A DNA stretch of 64,000 nucleotides from an uncultured Nitrososphaerota archaeon (GCA_964636085.1 CAZWPQ010000001.1:69744-133743); one strand, 5' to 3'. Positions 1-9,015 are shown, counted from the stretch's first letter. The notes: generated by a model from the letters alone, not told the origin. Numbers and translations: made by a program.

Positions 1-239
1 ATTTACTCAGCGAGAAGGACATTATAAGGATTGCAATTTTCCTTCAGGAGTATCTGGTAAAGCCGAGGCACTATTATATTCTACAACAATTCATACCGAA
101 TGAAAATGCTCCAGAGCCCAGCTATAGAAAAGGTAGGGTTGTTGGATTAGAGAAACTATATGCTATTGCAAAGAAGGTAAGAGAATTTCTTCCAAATGTA
201 GCCATCAGACATATTGGTGGTGTCAAATATATTGATTAA
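1..239 (+). CDS. 3' end of an unidentified protein-coding gene (partial, start outside the window)
   Basis: Open frame from the window edge to TAA at 237-239 (…KVREFLPNVAIRHIGGVKYID*). No recognisable motif. Confidence 0.25.
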   Translation, partial: LLSEKDIIRIAIFLQEYLVKPRHYYILQQFIPNENAPEPSYRKGRVVGLEKLYAIAKKVREFLPNVAIRHIGGVKYID

Positions 240-273
240 CCACCAGAATATTGATGTATTGAATATATCCTAG

Positions 274-363
274 TGCCCCGGGCGGGATTTGAACCCGCGA
301 TCCCTGGCTTGAGAGGCCAGTTAGCACACGTGGTGATGCTTGGCCGGTCTACACCACCGGGGC
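274..363 (-). tRNA. tRNA, probably tRNA-Glu(CUC), ~90 nt with an intron at a non-canonical position
   Basis: The reverse complement reads GCCCCGG-TG-GTGTAGACCGGCCAAGCAT…CTGGC-CTCTCAA-GCCAG-GGATC-GCGGG-TTCAAAT-CCCGC-CCGGGGC-A. It has a perfect 7-bp acceptor stem, a GTTCAAATC T-arm, and an anticodon stem-loop with U33 and anticodon CUC. About 14 extra nt (ACCACGTGTGCTAA) lie between the D-arm and the anticodon stem. Confidence 0.6.
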
Positions 364-462
364 ATAATAGGGGTTTGTTTATGGTTTTTACGTTGGTGAT
401 GCCCAAGATAATCATATATCTCACAAAAAAGTATTATAAGCGTTATCTTATTGTTGGCGTTT

Positions 463-1020
463 CTATTCATATATAAGTAAATCATTTACCTTCATTTTCA
501 GCATAGATAGTTTGCGTTTTGATTCCGGATCCTTGGACTTTATTAGGTCATATATCTGTGGTATTATGTCGTCAAGTTCCTTTCTAATATTATCATCCAT
601 CAGATTTGTCCAGAATTTATGAATCTTGCCCAGGATTCTTCTCATATTGATCTCAAAGAACTCAGGAGACATTTTAAATGACATGACTATTCTTTTGGTA
701 TACATTCTGCTCTTTTCTGGGTCTAGGAAATCTGTTGAGACCTCTGGAAAGAATTCTGTCAGGTATATAAGGAATATGTACTTCGGATCGATTTTCACTC
801 GCGGCGTACAATAGATCTTGACATCAAGCTCTTCCTTTGTGGAAGGTATAACCACTATTTCGAGTCTGTAATACTCCTTCTCAATAATTTTCGCTTTTTT
901 TCTATACTCTTCAAGCTTTAATAGGTTCTCAAGGGAATCTGCTAGTTTTTCAATTTCATTCAATTTTGCCTCTACACTTGCCAACCAATCCTCCACAGGG
1001 ATTGCCCCCAAACAGGTCAC
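463..1020 (-). CDS. hypothetical protein (185 aa), last gene of the L39e-L31e operon
   Basis: Long ORF co-directional with L31e, 5 nt downstream of it. It sits where aIF6 is found in many archaea but shows no eIF6 motifs. Confidence 0.4.
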   Translation of the reverse strand: MTCLGAIPVEDWLASVEAKLNEIEKLADSLENLLKLEEYRKKAKIIEKEYYRLEIVVIPSTKEELDVKIYCTPRVKIDPKYIFLIYLTEFFPEVSTDFLDPEKSRMYTKRIVMSFKMSPEFFEINMRRILGKIHKFWTNLMDDNIRKELDDIIPQIYDLIKSKDPESKRKLSMLKMKVNDLLIYE

Positions 1021-1025
1021 CTATT

Positions 1026-1529
1026 CTAAATTGGAAATACTCGTAGTTCTGCTCGGCATCCTATAGGCTTGCCTTCAGGATCCCTTATAATATCCTCAAC
1101 CTTTATTAGTACTCTGATTCTGACTTTTTTGGGCGGATTTTTGCTTCCTCTAGACCATATAATTTCATTAACTTCTGGGCTTATCCACACTACTGGTTCG
1201 GTTATGCGGACTTTAGCTCTTGTACCTGTAGCCTCGTCTATTGTTGCCTCTACATATTTTATGTGTTTCAGAATAAATTGTTGTAACAACCGTATAGCCC
1301 TTCGAGATCGCTTCCATAATGGAGCACTTTTTAATAGCTTCGGCGAAAATCTTATGGTCATATATCTTTCATCATCCTTTTCTTCTTGTTTTTCAAGAAT
1401 AATGGATGGAACCTTCTTTGGGCCTCTTCGTCTAGCTTTCCTTTCCTTCTTTTTTGTTTCTCTCATTTCCTTTTTTTCCTCTTTTATTGTGACGGGTTGT
1501 TCTGGGGTCTCCTCCTCATGCATGCTCAA
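1026..1529 (-). CDS. rpl31e: 50S ribosomal protein L31e (with Lys-rich N-terminal extension)
   Basis: C-terminal region …NEIIWSRGSKNPPKKVRIRV… matches the L31e signature (AIWSRGIRNxPxRIRV). The track start at 1529 is TTG. An ATG at 1523 is the likelier start. Confidence 0.6.
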   Translation of the reverse strand: MSMHEEETPEQPVTIKEEKKEMRETKKKERKARRRGPKKVPSIILEKQEEKDDERYMTIRFSPKLLKSAPLWKRSRRAIRLLQQFILKHIKYVEATIDEATGTRAKVRITEPVVWISPEVNEIIWSRGSKNPPKKVRIRVLIKVEDIIRDPEGKPIGCRAELRVFPI

Positions 1530-1533
1530 CCAC

Positions 1534-1689
1534 CTATAGTTTCAGTCTAGTTCTCCTCCAATTTCTTTGGGAGGGCGACCTCATTACCCTAAAATTTGTC
1601 TTTATACGGATAAATAGAGGGGGCATCCTATTAGATTTTAAAGCACGACCAAGCCTAAGTTTTTTTGCCAATGGTTTATAACGAGCCAT
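1534..1689 (-). CDS. rpl39e: 50S ribosomal protein L39e (51 aa)
   Basis: Manual translation of the minus strand gives MARYKPLAKKLRLGRALKSNRMPPLFIRIKTNFRVMRSPSQRNWRRTRLKL*. This is a canonical L39e sequence. The gene is absent from the ORF track because it is under 60 aa. Its ATG overlaps the stop of the upstream gene as TAATG. Confidence 0.7.
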   Translation of the reverse strand: MARYKPLAKKLRLGRALKSNRMPPLFIRIKTNFRVMRSPSQRNWRRTRLKL

Positions 1690-2024
1690 TACTTTCGCCT
1701 TATCTCTATTTTACTCTCACGACTAAATTGTCTCAAATATTGTTTTAAAATCTCTTTAAGTTGAGCATCATTTATGATTCCTCTTAGCCTTCCAGATAGA
1801 GCTAATGAGATAAGTTGGTTTTCAATAAATGCTCCAAATTCGGGTCTAGCTAACTTAATTCTGGCTAGTCTTTCGCGAGCCTCGCTAGTCAGTATTTGTC
1901 TAAGGATGGTCTCTCGTTGGATTTCCTCCTGTCTTTTGGCTTCACTTCTTTGTTTTTCTCTCAATAACCTTTCAAGCTCCCGCCGTCTTTTTGCCAATAG
2001 TAATTCCAGCTCTTCGTCAGACAT
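1689..2024 (-). CDS. PDCD5/TFAR19-like DNA-binding protein (archaeal MTH1615 family)
   Basis: 111 aa, highly charged coiled N-terminus and …LSGRLRGIINDAQLKEIL… C-terminus. It occupies the conserved archaeal position next to L39e, L31e and S19e. Confidence 0.55.
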   Translation of the reverse strand: MSDEELELLLAKRRRELERLLREKQRSEAKRQEEIQRETILRQILTSEARERLARIKLARPEFGAFIENQLISLALSGRLRGIINDAQLKEILKQYLRQFSRESKIEIRRK

Positions 2025-2157
2025 AGCATAGCACCAAACAACATGTAAGCATACTTATGGACTAAATTTAATATTCTAAAGCTTTAAAATAAATATTGTT
2101 GTCATAAATAGATGTACAATAATTTAAAGATGATCAGATCAAAGTGTGTGAATAGAG

Positions 2158-2460
2158 ATGTTGATACCGAAAACCATGAGGAAATATTGCCCATACTGTG
2201 GCTCGTATACGGAACACTCGGTGAGTTTATATAAGGCTATTCCGAAAAGGAGAGCACTAGCTAAAGGTCAAAGACGCGCCGAAAGGCGAAGAAAAGGTCA
2301 TGGAAATAAGGGTAGGTATTCGAAGAAGCCTATAACGCAAATAAAAACCCATGCAAAAGTTACAAAAACGGGTGTACTTACTCTAAGATGCAGACAATGT
2401 GGAAAAATTCGGCATTTATCGTTTGGAAAACGAATGAAAAAATTAGAAATGAAGAGGTAG
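2158..2460 (+). CDS. rpl44e: 50S ribosomal protein L44e
   Basis: YCPYCGSYTEHSV…RCRQCGK: the four-Cys zinc ribbon and basic KGQRRAERRRKG segment are typical of L44e. Confidence 0.7.
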   Translation: MLIPKTMRKYCPYCGSYTEHSVSLYKAIPKRRALAKGQRRAERRRKGHGNKGRYSKKPITQIKTHAKVTKTGVLTLRCRQCGKIRHLSFGKRMKKLEMKR

Positions 2461-2466
2461 GAAGAT

Positions 2467-2928
2467 ATGGCATCGCCATATGATATACCTATAAGTTTAT
2501 TCATTGAGGAATTGAAAGAGGAGCTAAAGACCATCAAGGAACTACAACCGCCCGAGTGGTCCCAATATGTTAAGACTGGCATACATAAGGATAGACCCCC
2601 CGAACAAGAGGACTGGTGGTACTATCGAGCCGCATCTATATTATATCAGTTATATCGTCGAGGAATAGTCGGTGTTAATAGACTAAGAAACTATTATGGG
2701 GGAAGAAAAGATAGAGGACATAGGCCTGAAAAAAAGGTTAAAGGAGGCGCAAAAATAGTAAGGACTATTCTCCAACAATTAGAAAAGGCAGGGCTTGTAG
2801 AGAAGAATATGATTAAACATCCGAAACTTCAGCAGATATGTAGGGGTAGGAAGCTAACTAATGCTGGGATGTCTCTTCTTGATCGCATCGCTACACGATT
2901 AGCAAGGGAATTAGGAATATTAAAATGA
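2467..2928 (+). CDS. rps19e: 30S ribosomal protein S19e
   Basis: ATG start. …NRLRNYYGGRKDRGHRPEKKVKGGAKIVRTILQQLEKAGLVEK… matches the S19e core. Confidence 0.7.
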   Translation: MASPYDIPISLFIEELKEELKTIKELQPPEWSQYVKTGIHKDRPPEQEDWWYYRAASILYQLYRRGIVGVNRLRNYYGGRKDRGHRPEKKVKGGAKIVRTILQQLEKAGLVEKNMIKHPKLQQICRGRKLTNAGMSLLDRIATRLARELGILK

Positions 2929-2945
2929 CCTAGGGGACACATCTA

Positions 2946-3578
2946 GTGGATATATTTTCTAAACTCAATATGATGCTGGACCGCTTTGAGATAGCAATAA
3001 GTACTAGTGATTTACAATCGATAAATCACATTTTATATCTTATATACAGAGGCTCCAGAAATGTATATAATTACGTATTAAAATCTAAAAAATCAGTCTT
3101 CGAAAAAAGTATACATATACAAAAGATCAGTGCTATATGTGATAGACTGGTAAAATTAATTTCAAGAAACATAAAGAGTATTGCTATTGCAGACATATAT
3201 GTTCTAATAGAGACCATAGGAATGCTATACAGGGCTGGATGCCAATTAATTATAGATAAGCTGTTTCCAATACTATATGGATTGTCTAGGAAGGATCTCA
3301 ATAGCTTGGCGCACCTAGCCGATATAATGTTAGAGTGTGGATGTGTCGATTTAGCGTTTAAAGTTTTGACCCAGCTACTAGGGATGAATTATAATTGTCC
3401 AGCGGTTCTGGTCAATTTAGCCATTACAAGCTATATGTTAGGCAATCCAAGAGAGGCTAAACGATATGCGGAGATGTATGAAAATTTAACAAAGAGGCGT
3501 CTGGCATTAAAAACATCCTTGGCGATTGTATTAGGTGATGTGGAATATATAAGTGCTAGGCGCAACAAGAAACATTAG
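2946..3578 (+). CDS. hypothetical protein (210 aa, helical)
   Basis: Long ORF with a GTG start in the track. An internal ATG at about 2970 is possible. No recognisable motif. Confidence 0.4.
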   Translation: MDIFSKLNMMLDRFEIAISTSDLQSINHILYLIYRGSRNVYNYVLKSKKSVFEKSIHIQKISAICDRLVKLISRNIKSIAIADIYVLIETIGMLYRAGCQLIIDKLFPILYGLSRKDLNSLAHLADIMLECGCVDLAFKVLTQLLGMNYNCPAVLVNLAITSYMLGNPREAKRYAEMYENLTKRRLALKTSLAIVLGDVEYISARRNKKH

Positions 3579-4162
3579 AGATACTCAAGTAACCTTTTTT
3601 TATTTAATTCTTCCCATAGAGTCTTTTTCCTTATAATATCAGAAGGAGTTATTACAGAGGCCAAATATGTATCAACTATGATCTCAATGTTGATGATCCA
3701 GTCAGGTTTTTCTAGCGAGACCTCACCATAGTGAATATGTTTTGCGATAAGATCTATAATCCTCCTAGATGAGGCCCCTGATGAGTGCTTCGAGACACGA
3801 ACACACCATTTTCCATCTCCAATTCTTATGGGACCTACCTTAGATATAAAATCCACTATATCATCTAATTTCGTCGACACAATCTCTATAGGGATTATCC
3901 TGTGAGTGTATCTTAAAATCCATGGTTTTTTCAGTAAATATGTTCTTATCGTTCTGATGGCCTTTAGGGCGTCTTCGTTAAATATAACACCAAAAAGCCC
4001 TCTGATTCCTTTTTTCCGTGTTCTAATAAATACAATATCGATTTCGTTAGAGATGTTAGATACATATAGGCAATGCCAGACCTCCGAGGCAGCATCTAGC
4101 TCGTATCTGGGATCCGATGTTACGAGAAATTTAGTATTGATAGGAACGATGGAGCTACCCAT
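3575..4162 (-). CDS. hypothetical protein downstream of L15e, possibly THUMP-like and RNA-binding
   Basis: 195-aa ORF co-oriented with rpl15e and 27 nt downstream of it. Any THUMP-like resemblance is weak. Confidence 0.4.
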   Translation of the reverse strand: MGSSIVPINTKFLVTSDPRYELDAASEVWHCLYVSNISNEIDIVFIRTRKKGIRGLFGVIFNEDALKAIRTIRTYLLKKPWILRYTHRIIPIEIVSTKLDDIVDFISKVGPIRIGDGKWCVRVSKHSSGASSRRIIDLIAKHIHYGEVSLEKPDWIINIEIIVDTYLASVITPSDIIRKKTLWEELNKKRLLEYL

Positions 4163-4189
4163 TAAGTGTCACAAGAAATTGCTCAAAAG

Positions 4190-4798
4190 CTAGGGCTTAT
4201 ATGGCCTCTTTTTTCTTGCTTTTTTTCTAAGAGCTGCACGTCTGGAAGGTCTTACTTTCTCAGCACCTCTACCCTTGTTCCGTAACCCTCTGGCTCTCTT
4301 CCCTGCTGAGGTTAAACCTCGAAACACTCTTCCTCTATTCTTGTTACTAGTAATCCAGTTAAGATTCGGATCGCTTTTTATGACTGGATTATCACGTTCC
4401 ACAAGGATAACCTCATACCATACAAATTGTCCGTCCTCGCCGACCCAATACGAATTTAAAACTTCAGTATTTCTATATTTTCGTGCGGCACGTTCCTCAG
4501 CAATCCATTGTAGTGACTTTCCAACAGTGTGTCCCTTTATAGCTAAGTGTTTTCCTTTTCGCCCCCTCTTAGGTCTTGGTTTTCTTTGCCCCCCTTTTCT
4601 TACCCTTACCCGTACAAGTATTATCCCCTGTTTAGGTTTCCAACCTAGTGTGCGTGCTCTATATAGGTTTGTTGGTCTCTCGATGCGGACTACGGCGGGT
4701 TCTCTGCGCCAGACGAGTATTCTTTCCTGCATTAGTTTTTCGAACTCCTCTGAATCTTTATTGCTCCAAAACTCTTGAATATATTTGTAAGCGCCCAA
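4190..4798 (-). CDS. rpl15e: 50S ribosomal protein L15e
   Basis: [14 protein letters not shown]…[44 protein letters not shown]… is an unmistakable L15e N-terminus and core. Confidence 0.85.
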   Translation of the reverse strand: MGAYKYIQEFWSNKDSEEFEKLMQERILVWRREPAVVRIERPTNLYRARTLGWKPKQGIILVRVRVRKGGQRKPRPKRGRKGKHLAIKGHTVGKSLQWIAEERAARKYRNTEVLNSYWVGEDGQFVWYEVILVERDNPVIKSDPNLNWITSNKNRGRVFRGLTSAGKRARGLRNKGRGAEKVRPSRRAALRKKARKKRPYKP

Positions 4799-4937
4799 GG
4801 TCTACACCGCCTATTTTATCTTTGTTATGTTAAAACTGCTCCACCTTTGATGAATCCATAACCAATAGAAATTTTAGTAATTTAATTAATTTATATCAAT
4901 CCCATTTTACCTTACTTATTATGGGAACATAACCTCA

Positions 4938-5032
4938 GCCGGGGTTGCCGAGCTAGGTACGGCGTCGGACTCGAGCAGATTGAGAAATCCGATGGCGTTT
5001 TCGCCTCGCGGGTTCAAATCCCGCCCCCGGCA
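4938..5032 (+). tRNA. class II tRNA with long variable arm, Ser(CGA) or Leu, with an anticodon-loop intron of about 11 nt
   Basis: GCCGGGG acceptor, GGTTCAAATCC T-arm, 14-nt variable arm and anticodon stem TCGGA/TCCGA. These flank an 18-nt loop, CTCGAGCAGATTGAGAAA, which implies an intron. The spliced loop CUCGAGA would give anticodon CGA. Genomic CCA follows at 5033-5035. Confidence 0.65.
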
Positions 5033-5038
5033 CCATAA

Positions 5039-5121
5039 GCGGGGGTTCCGGAGCGGTCAAACGGGCAAGGTTCAGGACCTTGTGGCGTATACCTTCGCGG
5101 GTTCAAATCCCGCCCCCCGCA
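5039..5121 (+). tRNA. tRNA-Leu(CAG), no intron
   Basis: GCGGGGG acceptor, anticodon stem CAAGG/CCTTG with loop TTCAGGA giving anticodon CAG, long variable arm, GGTTCAAATCC T-arm. It starts 6 nt after the preceding tRNA. Confidence 0.8.
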
Positions 5122-5134
5122 TTTCTATTAGACT

Positions 5135-5896
5135 CTAGTAATCTTCAGGAAGGTATAACATTGGATCTAAAACCACTATGCCGTTGCGCTCTGCGTGTTC
5201 CAATTTGTTTTTTACTTCTTCCACTATATTTCGTAGTTCCCCATATTTTCTAAGCGCATCTCCCGCAACAAAAATCATTATGCCACCACTACTCGTAAGA
5301 AACACTTCAAATTTCATTGGATCATGCATAAAATCTTCAATTATCTTGTTATTACGCGCCACAATCAGCTTAAGTCTGTTATCTACAAGGAAGAAAAAAT
5401 CCATATATTTGGTATAATCTATTTTAAGATCTAAAATAGAAGATATCTCTACTTTATTCTTAGTATCCCTATCTACTACATAATTAGCCAGCACATTCTC
5501 AATTTTCCTGTACAGTCTCTTAAGCTCAATCTCTAGATAGTCATTTGTCAAGCCATTAGTCTTTATTTTATCGATTGTTTTTCCTATAAGGTTCTCTATT
5601 TCAAATCTAATGCTTTTTATTTTTTCTATCAAAGCGATATTACTAAAATATGCCACTACAGCATATTTCTTATATTTTCTATCGTATGCAGGATCATAAA
5701 CCTTGAACTGGGCTGACAAAACCAAATATTCTTCTGTCTCCAATATAGCCTTGCCCTCCACATATAGGGCATAATCCGCTATCTGAAAACTAGTACTTAT
5801 ATCTAAGGGGAAGTCCTTTGGCAAGATTATTGATATTACGGGGCCCTCCACATCATCAAACTCAGCTAATCCAACGAAGAAATCATATTTCTTCAA
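5135..5896 (-). CDS. tandem roadblock/LC7-like protein, putative partner of the adjacent small GTPase (MglB/Lamtor-like)
   Basis: 253 aa, two beta-alpha-beta-like halves. The C-terminal …KFEVFLTSSGGIMIFVAGDALRKYGELRNIVEEVKNKL… resembles the roadblock fold. Its start abuts the stop of the GTPase gene (5896/5897). Confidence 0.45.
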   Translation of the reverse strand: MKKYDFFVGLAEFDDVEGPVISIILPKDFPLDISTSFQIADYALYVEGKAILETEEYLVLSAQFKVYDPAYDRKYKKYAVVAYFSNIALIEKIKSIRFEIENLIGKTIDKIKTNGLTNDYLEIELKRLYRKIENVLANYVVDRDTKNKVEISSILDLKIDYTKYMDFFFLVDNRLKLIVARNNKIIEDFMHDPMKFEVFLTSSGGIMIFVAGDALRKYGELRNIVEEVKNKLEHAERNGIVVLDPMLYLPEDY

Positions 5897-6886
5897 TTAC
5901 CACCCACCCAGTACCCCAATATTATTCATAATCCCCACTAGTTTTCTACTCGCTCCGGAAATAATACCTCTTATTACATCAATTTGCTTTTTAGGATTAA
6001 ACAAGGAGAAACATATAGGTCGATCATCTATTTTTCTAATACTTATATATGCTTTCGTTGAAGATCCTACATCCATTATTATGTCTATTGATTCATCATC
6101 CCCAACACCGAAGATAATATCCCACAGGTCTTTCCTGAAATCCCTAATTATTCTTTTTTCGTGCTCCAAGGACGTCAACAGTTTGGCTGGGATAATAGAC
6201 AACCAAGAGCCAATCTTTTCATCTCCTTTCATGGCTAATGGGAAACCCATACTATCACTAATAACTACTGTTCTAGAGCCCGTTAGCTTGGCTAACGTAT
6301 CTACAATATCCTCTAGCGTTTTCATGGGAAGTGCTTTAGGAAGTATTATCTCCCTTACAACCCTAAATAGACTTTCTGGATAATATATGCTGGTATTAAA
6401 TACATATATTCTTATATTGGGGAAGACCGATTTCATTTTCTCTATCATACTTTGCAATATTTTCTCCGCGTTTAGAGCATTAGGTAAGTCCTGCTTATGA
6501 GCCAATAATGCAATTGTTATGCTATCAATTTTCCTGTCCTTAATAGCGCTTGACATCAGTTTTAATATATCTACGAACTCTTTCAGCATTAACTTTATTC
6601 TCTCTCTTTTCGCCGCTGCGTCCATAACATATAGTATAACAGTATTTTCATCAAGCAAATTTAATAAAAACTCGATATTCGTTCGCTGAAATCTCCTTTG
6701 GCCTGGGGTAACAAATAGTGATATATCTGCCTTTAACACTTTTAGCATGTATTTTTCTACTCTTGTGGAAGGTTCCGTGTTCAACGCTATTGCTCTATCT
6801 AGAAATATCAAATATTTCCCTATTGATGTTTTGCCCACATTAGCTTGTCCTATCAAAATGACTTTTAATTTAGCCATATTTATCAC
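5897..6886 (-). CDS. small Ras-superfamily GTPase of the MglA/Rag-like type with a ~170-aa C-terminal roadblock-like extension
   Basis: G1 is LIGQANVGKTS. G3 is VTPGQ, with Thr replacing the usual Asp as in MglA. G4 is AHKQD. The C-terminal 170 aa (…VVISDSMGFPLA…ISIRKIDDRPICFSLF…) looks like a roadblock or Rag C-terminal domain. Confidence 0.6.
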   Translation of the reverse strand: MINMAKLKVILIGQANVGKTSIGKYLIFLDRAIALNTEPSTRVEKYMLKVLKADISLFVTPGQRRFQRTNIEFLLNLLDENTVILYVMDAAAKRERIKLMLKEFVDILKLMSSAIKDRKIDSITIALLAHKQDLPNALNAEKILQSMIEKMKSVFPNIRIYVFNTSIYYPESLFRVVREIILPKALPMKTLEDIVDTLAKLTGSRTVVISDSMGFPLAMKGDEKIGSWLSIIPAKLLTSLEHEKRIIRDFRKDLWDIIFGVGDDESIDIIMDVGSSTKAYISIRKIDDRPICFSLFNPKKQIDVIRGIISGASRKLVGIMNNIGVLGGW

Positions 6887-7087
6887 ATTCCCTATTAAGA
6901 AATTGTATCAATCGAGGGATAACCTGCCAAAAAAATCAGAACATGTTGTGATAAACATAACTAATTTTTTATAACACTCAAGTAAAAGATTTTTTGTTGT
7001 ATATTAGCATTAGTAATGAGCAAAATTTGGGCTTCATGTATAGTGATTTTTATTACCTATAATAGCGAATAGCTTGGTGATGAAGAT

Positions 7088-8419
7088 ATGAACGTACGCC
7101 AAAAGAAAACGAAGATTGATTATTCGAAACTCATTGACATATTAAACATTGATATTAATGCACTTAGGACAGCACCAAAAAAACCAACTATGCACATATC
7201 TAGTGCGATCATCGGTACTGCGGGCCATGTGGATCATGGTAAAAGTACTGTTACAGAAGCCCTTACGGGAAAATTCCCAGCCACGCATAGTGAAGAAATA
7301 CTCCGGGGAATAACTATATTCTTGGGGTATTCTCACCTAGATATTTTTACTTGTGTTTCAGGAGAGGAACTAAGCTGTCTAATATCCAACTCTACCAAAA
7401 AATGCCCAAGCAGAACATCAATGCATCACATGCGTTGTTATTCTATACTCGACCACCCTGGACACGAAATTTTGATCTCTACAATGCTCTCTGGTGCTTC
7501 CCTTATAGATTACGGCCTTGTTGTAATAGCAGCTAATGAACCATGTCCAATGCCCCAGACTAGAGAGCACGTTGCTGCCCTTGAAGTCATGGGCATAGAT
7601 AGAATTATATGTGTGCAAAATAAAATAGAACTCGTTGGCCAAGAAAAACTACTAAAACATTATCAACAGATTATCGACTTCTTTGAGAACGAAACGAGAT
7701 TCGGTACACCACCAATAATCCCAGTAAGTGCTGCCCTAAAAATAAATATAGAGCTAATATTGGCCGCTATCCTCCAGTATTTCCCACCCAAAACACCTAA
7801 TCTTGGAGGCCCAGCCTTGATGTATATAGCCCGCTCTTTCGACCCAAATAGACCAGGAACCCCCATAAAGAAAATTATTGGAGGCGTTATCGGTGGCGCG
7901 CTTAAGAGCGGCGAATTAAAAGTAGGGGATGAAATAGAGATAAGACCTGGTGTTATTGCCGAGGACGGAGAAATCATGCCTTTGTTCTCAGAAGTAGTAA
8001 GTATACGCTCTGATGCTGGACAGTCCCTTAAAAAAGCCCAGCCACATATGCTAATTGGAGTAGCCACAACACTCGACCCTGGGCTGGCAAAATCAGATGG
8101 GCTTGTAGGAAATATCGCGGGGAAATCTAAGGATCTGCCGCCTGTGACTGATAAGATAATTGTCAAGAATATAAATATGTTCGAAAAAATAATTGGCACA
8201 AGAGTTGAAAGGAAAAATTATCCGCTCAGAAAAGGAGAGGAGATATTGATAAACGCTGGCACATCCACCGTCGTTGGAGAAATCGACTTCATTCAGGATG
8301 ACGAGGCCGAAATTATATTGAGTAGACCCATATGCCTGCCTAAGGAGGAGAGAGTGGCAATACTTAGGGAAATTGACCGTGAATATAGGCTGGTTGGTTA
8401 CGGCAGACTGGACTATTAA
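7088..8419 (+). CDS. eif2g: translation initiation factor 2 gamma subunit (aIF2-gamma)
   Basis: GHVDHGKST (G1), DHPGH (G3), NKIE (G4), then beta-barrel domains II and III. The zinc-knuckle region after G1 retains only scattered Cys residues. Confidence 0.75.
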   Translation: MNVRQKKTKIDYSKLIDILNIDINALRTAPKKPTMHISSAIIGTAGHVDHGKSTVTEALTGKFPATHSEEILRGITIFLGYSHLDIFTCVSGEELSCLISNSTKKCPSRTSMHHMRCYSILDHPGHEILISTMLSGASLIDYGLVVIAANEPCPMPQTREHVAALEVMGIDRIICVQNKIELVGQEKLLKHYQQIIDFFENETRFGTPPIIPVSAALKINIELILAAILQYFPPKTPNLGGPALMYIARSFDPNRPGTPIKKIIGGVIGGALKSGELKVGDEIEIRPGVIAEDGEIMPLFSEVVSIRSDAGQSLKKAQPHMLIGVATTLDPGLAKSDGLVGNIAGKSKDLPPVTDKIIVKNINMFEKIIGTRVERKNYPLRKGEEILINAGTSTVVGEIDFIQDDEAEIILSRPICLPKEERVAILREIDREYRLVGYGRLDY

Positions 8420-8430
8420 GGACAGTTGAA

Positions 8431-9015
8431 CTATTTCCATAAAAATACCGTGGCGATTTTCTCCATCACAACCTTGATGCCCACACTATCCATTCTTTCT
8501 CCCCTCATCTTGCTAAGAGTACTCACATAATCTAAGGGAACATCGTATATTGACAATATCTCCCCCAAATTTCCAGCACACTTATCACACTCTACAAAAC
8601 TAGTGATAATCCCTCTTTCAACAAGTTCCTCTAATATCTCCTCGACATCATTTCTTGCAATTATCACAATAACAGCCCATCTATTAGATCTAGACAACAA
8701 CTCTAGTACATCCCTAACCTGCGTCCTAGCGAATAAACGCAAACAAAACTGCAGGTTAAGTTTCTTTGCTACATTCTCTCCCCGGAGATAATCCCTCACA
8801 GCAAGCTTAAGAGCATACTCTACTATTTCAATACCTAACACATAACTACACGGAACAAACTGAATCCAAATCCCCCGACGCTCAAAATCAGGGATAAAAT
8901 TCAGAAAAGCATCTTTATTTATCTCCCCACAGGTAATTAGGAAATTAAACTTCTCCCCGTTATATGAAATCTTGTCTTTCTTGTAATACTCTTGTAATAC
9001 GCTAATATTATCCAA
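8431..9015 (-). CDS. hypothetical protein (194 aa)
   Basis: Long ORF convergent with aIF2-gamma. No confident family assignment. Confidence 0.4.
   Translation of the reverse strand: MDNISVLQEYYKKDKISYNGEKFNFLITCGEINKDAFLNFIPDFERRGIWIQFVPCSYVLGIEIVEYALKLAVRDYLRGENVAKKLNLQFCLRLFARTQVRDVLELLSRSNRWAVIVIIARNDVEEILEELVERGIITSFVECDKCAGNLGEILSIYDVPLDYVSTLSKMRGERMDSVGIKVVMEKIATVFLWK

Noticed and set aside
236-476. ORF-track entries 236..424(-) and 273..476(+)
   Set aside because: They overlap a well-formed tRNA gene (274-363) and have no coding signal. They are spurious.
4275-4833. Plus-strand ORFs antisense to rpl15e
   Set aside because: These are shadow ORFs inside a strongly supported ribosomal protein gene on the opposite strand.
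7142-8440. Several minus-strand ORFs inside aIF2-gamma (7142..7336, 7418..7642, 7663..8199, 8093..8440)
   Set aside because: Antisense shadow ORFs within a confidently identified gene. They are low-complexity translations.
8431-9015. Considered the KEOPS subunit Cgi121 for the 194-aa protein
   Set aside because: It is larger than typical Cgi121, I could recall no diagnostic motif, and Pcc1 is elsewhere in the window, so any neighbourhood argument is weak.
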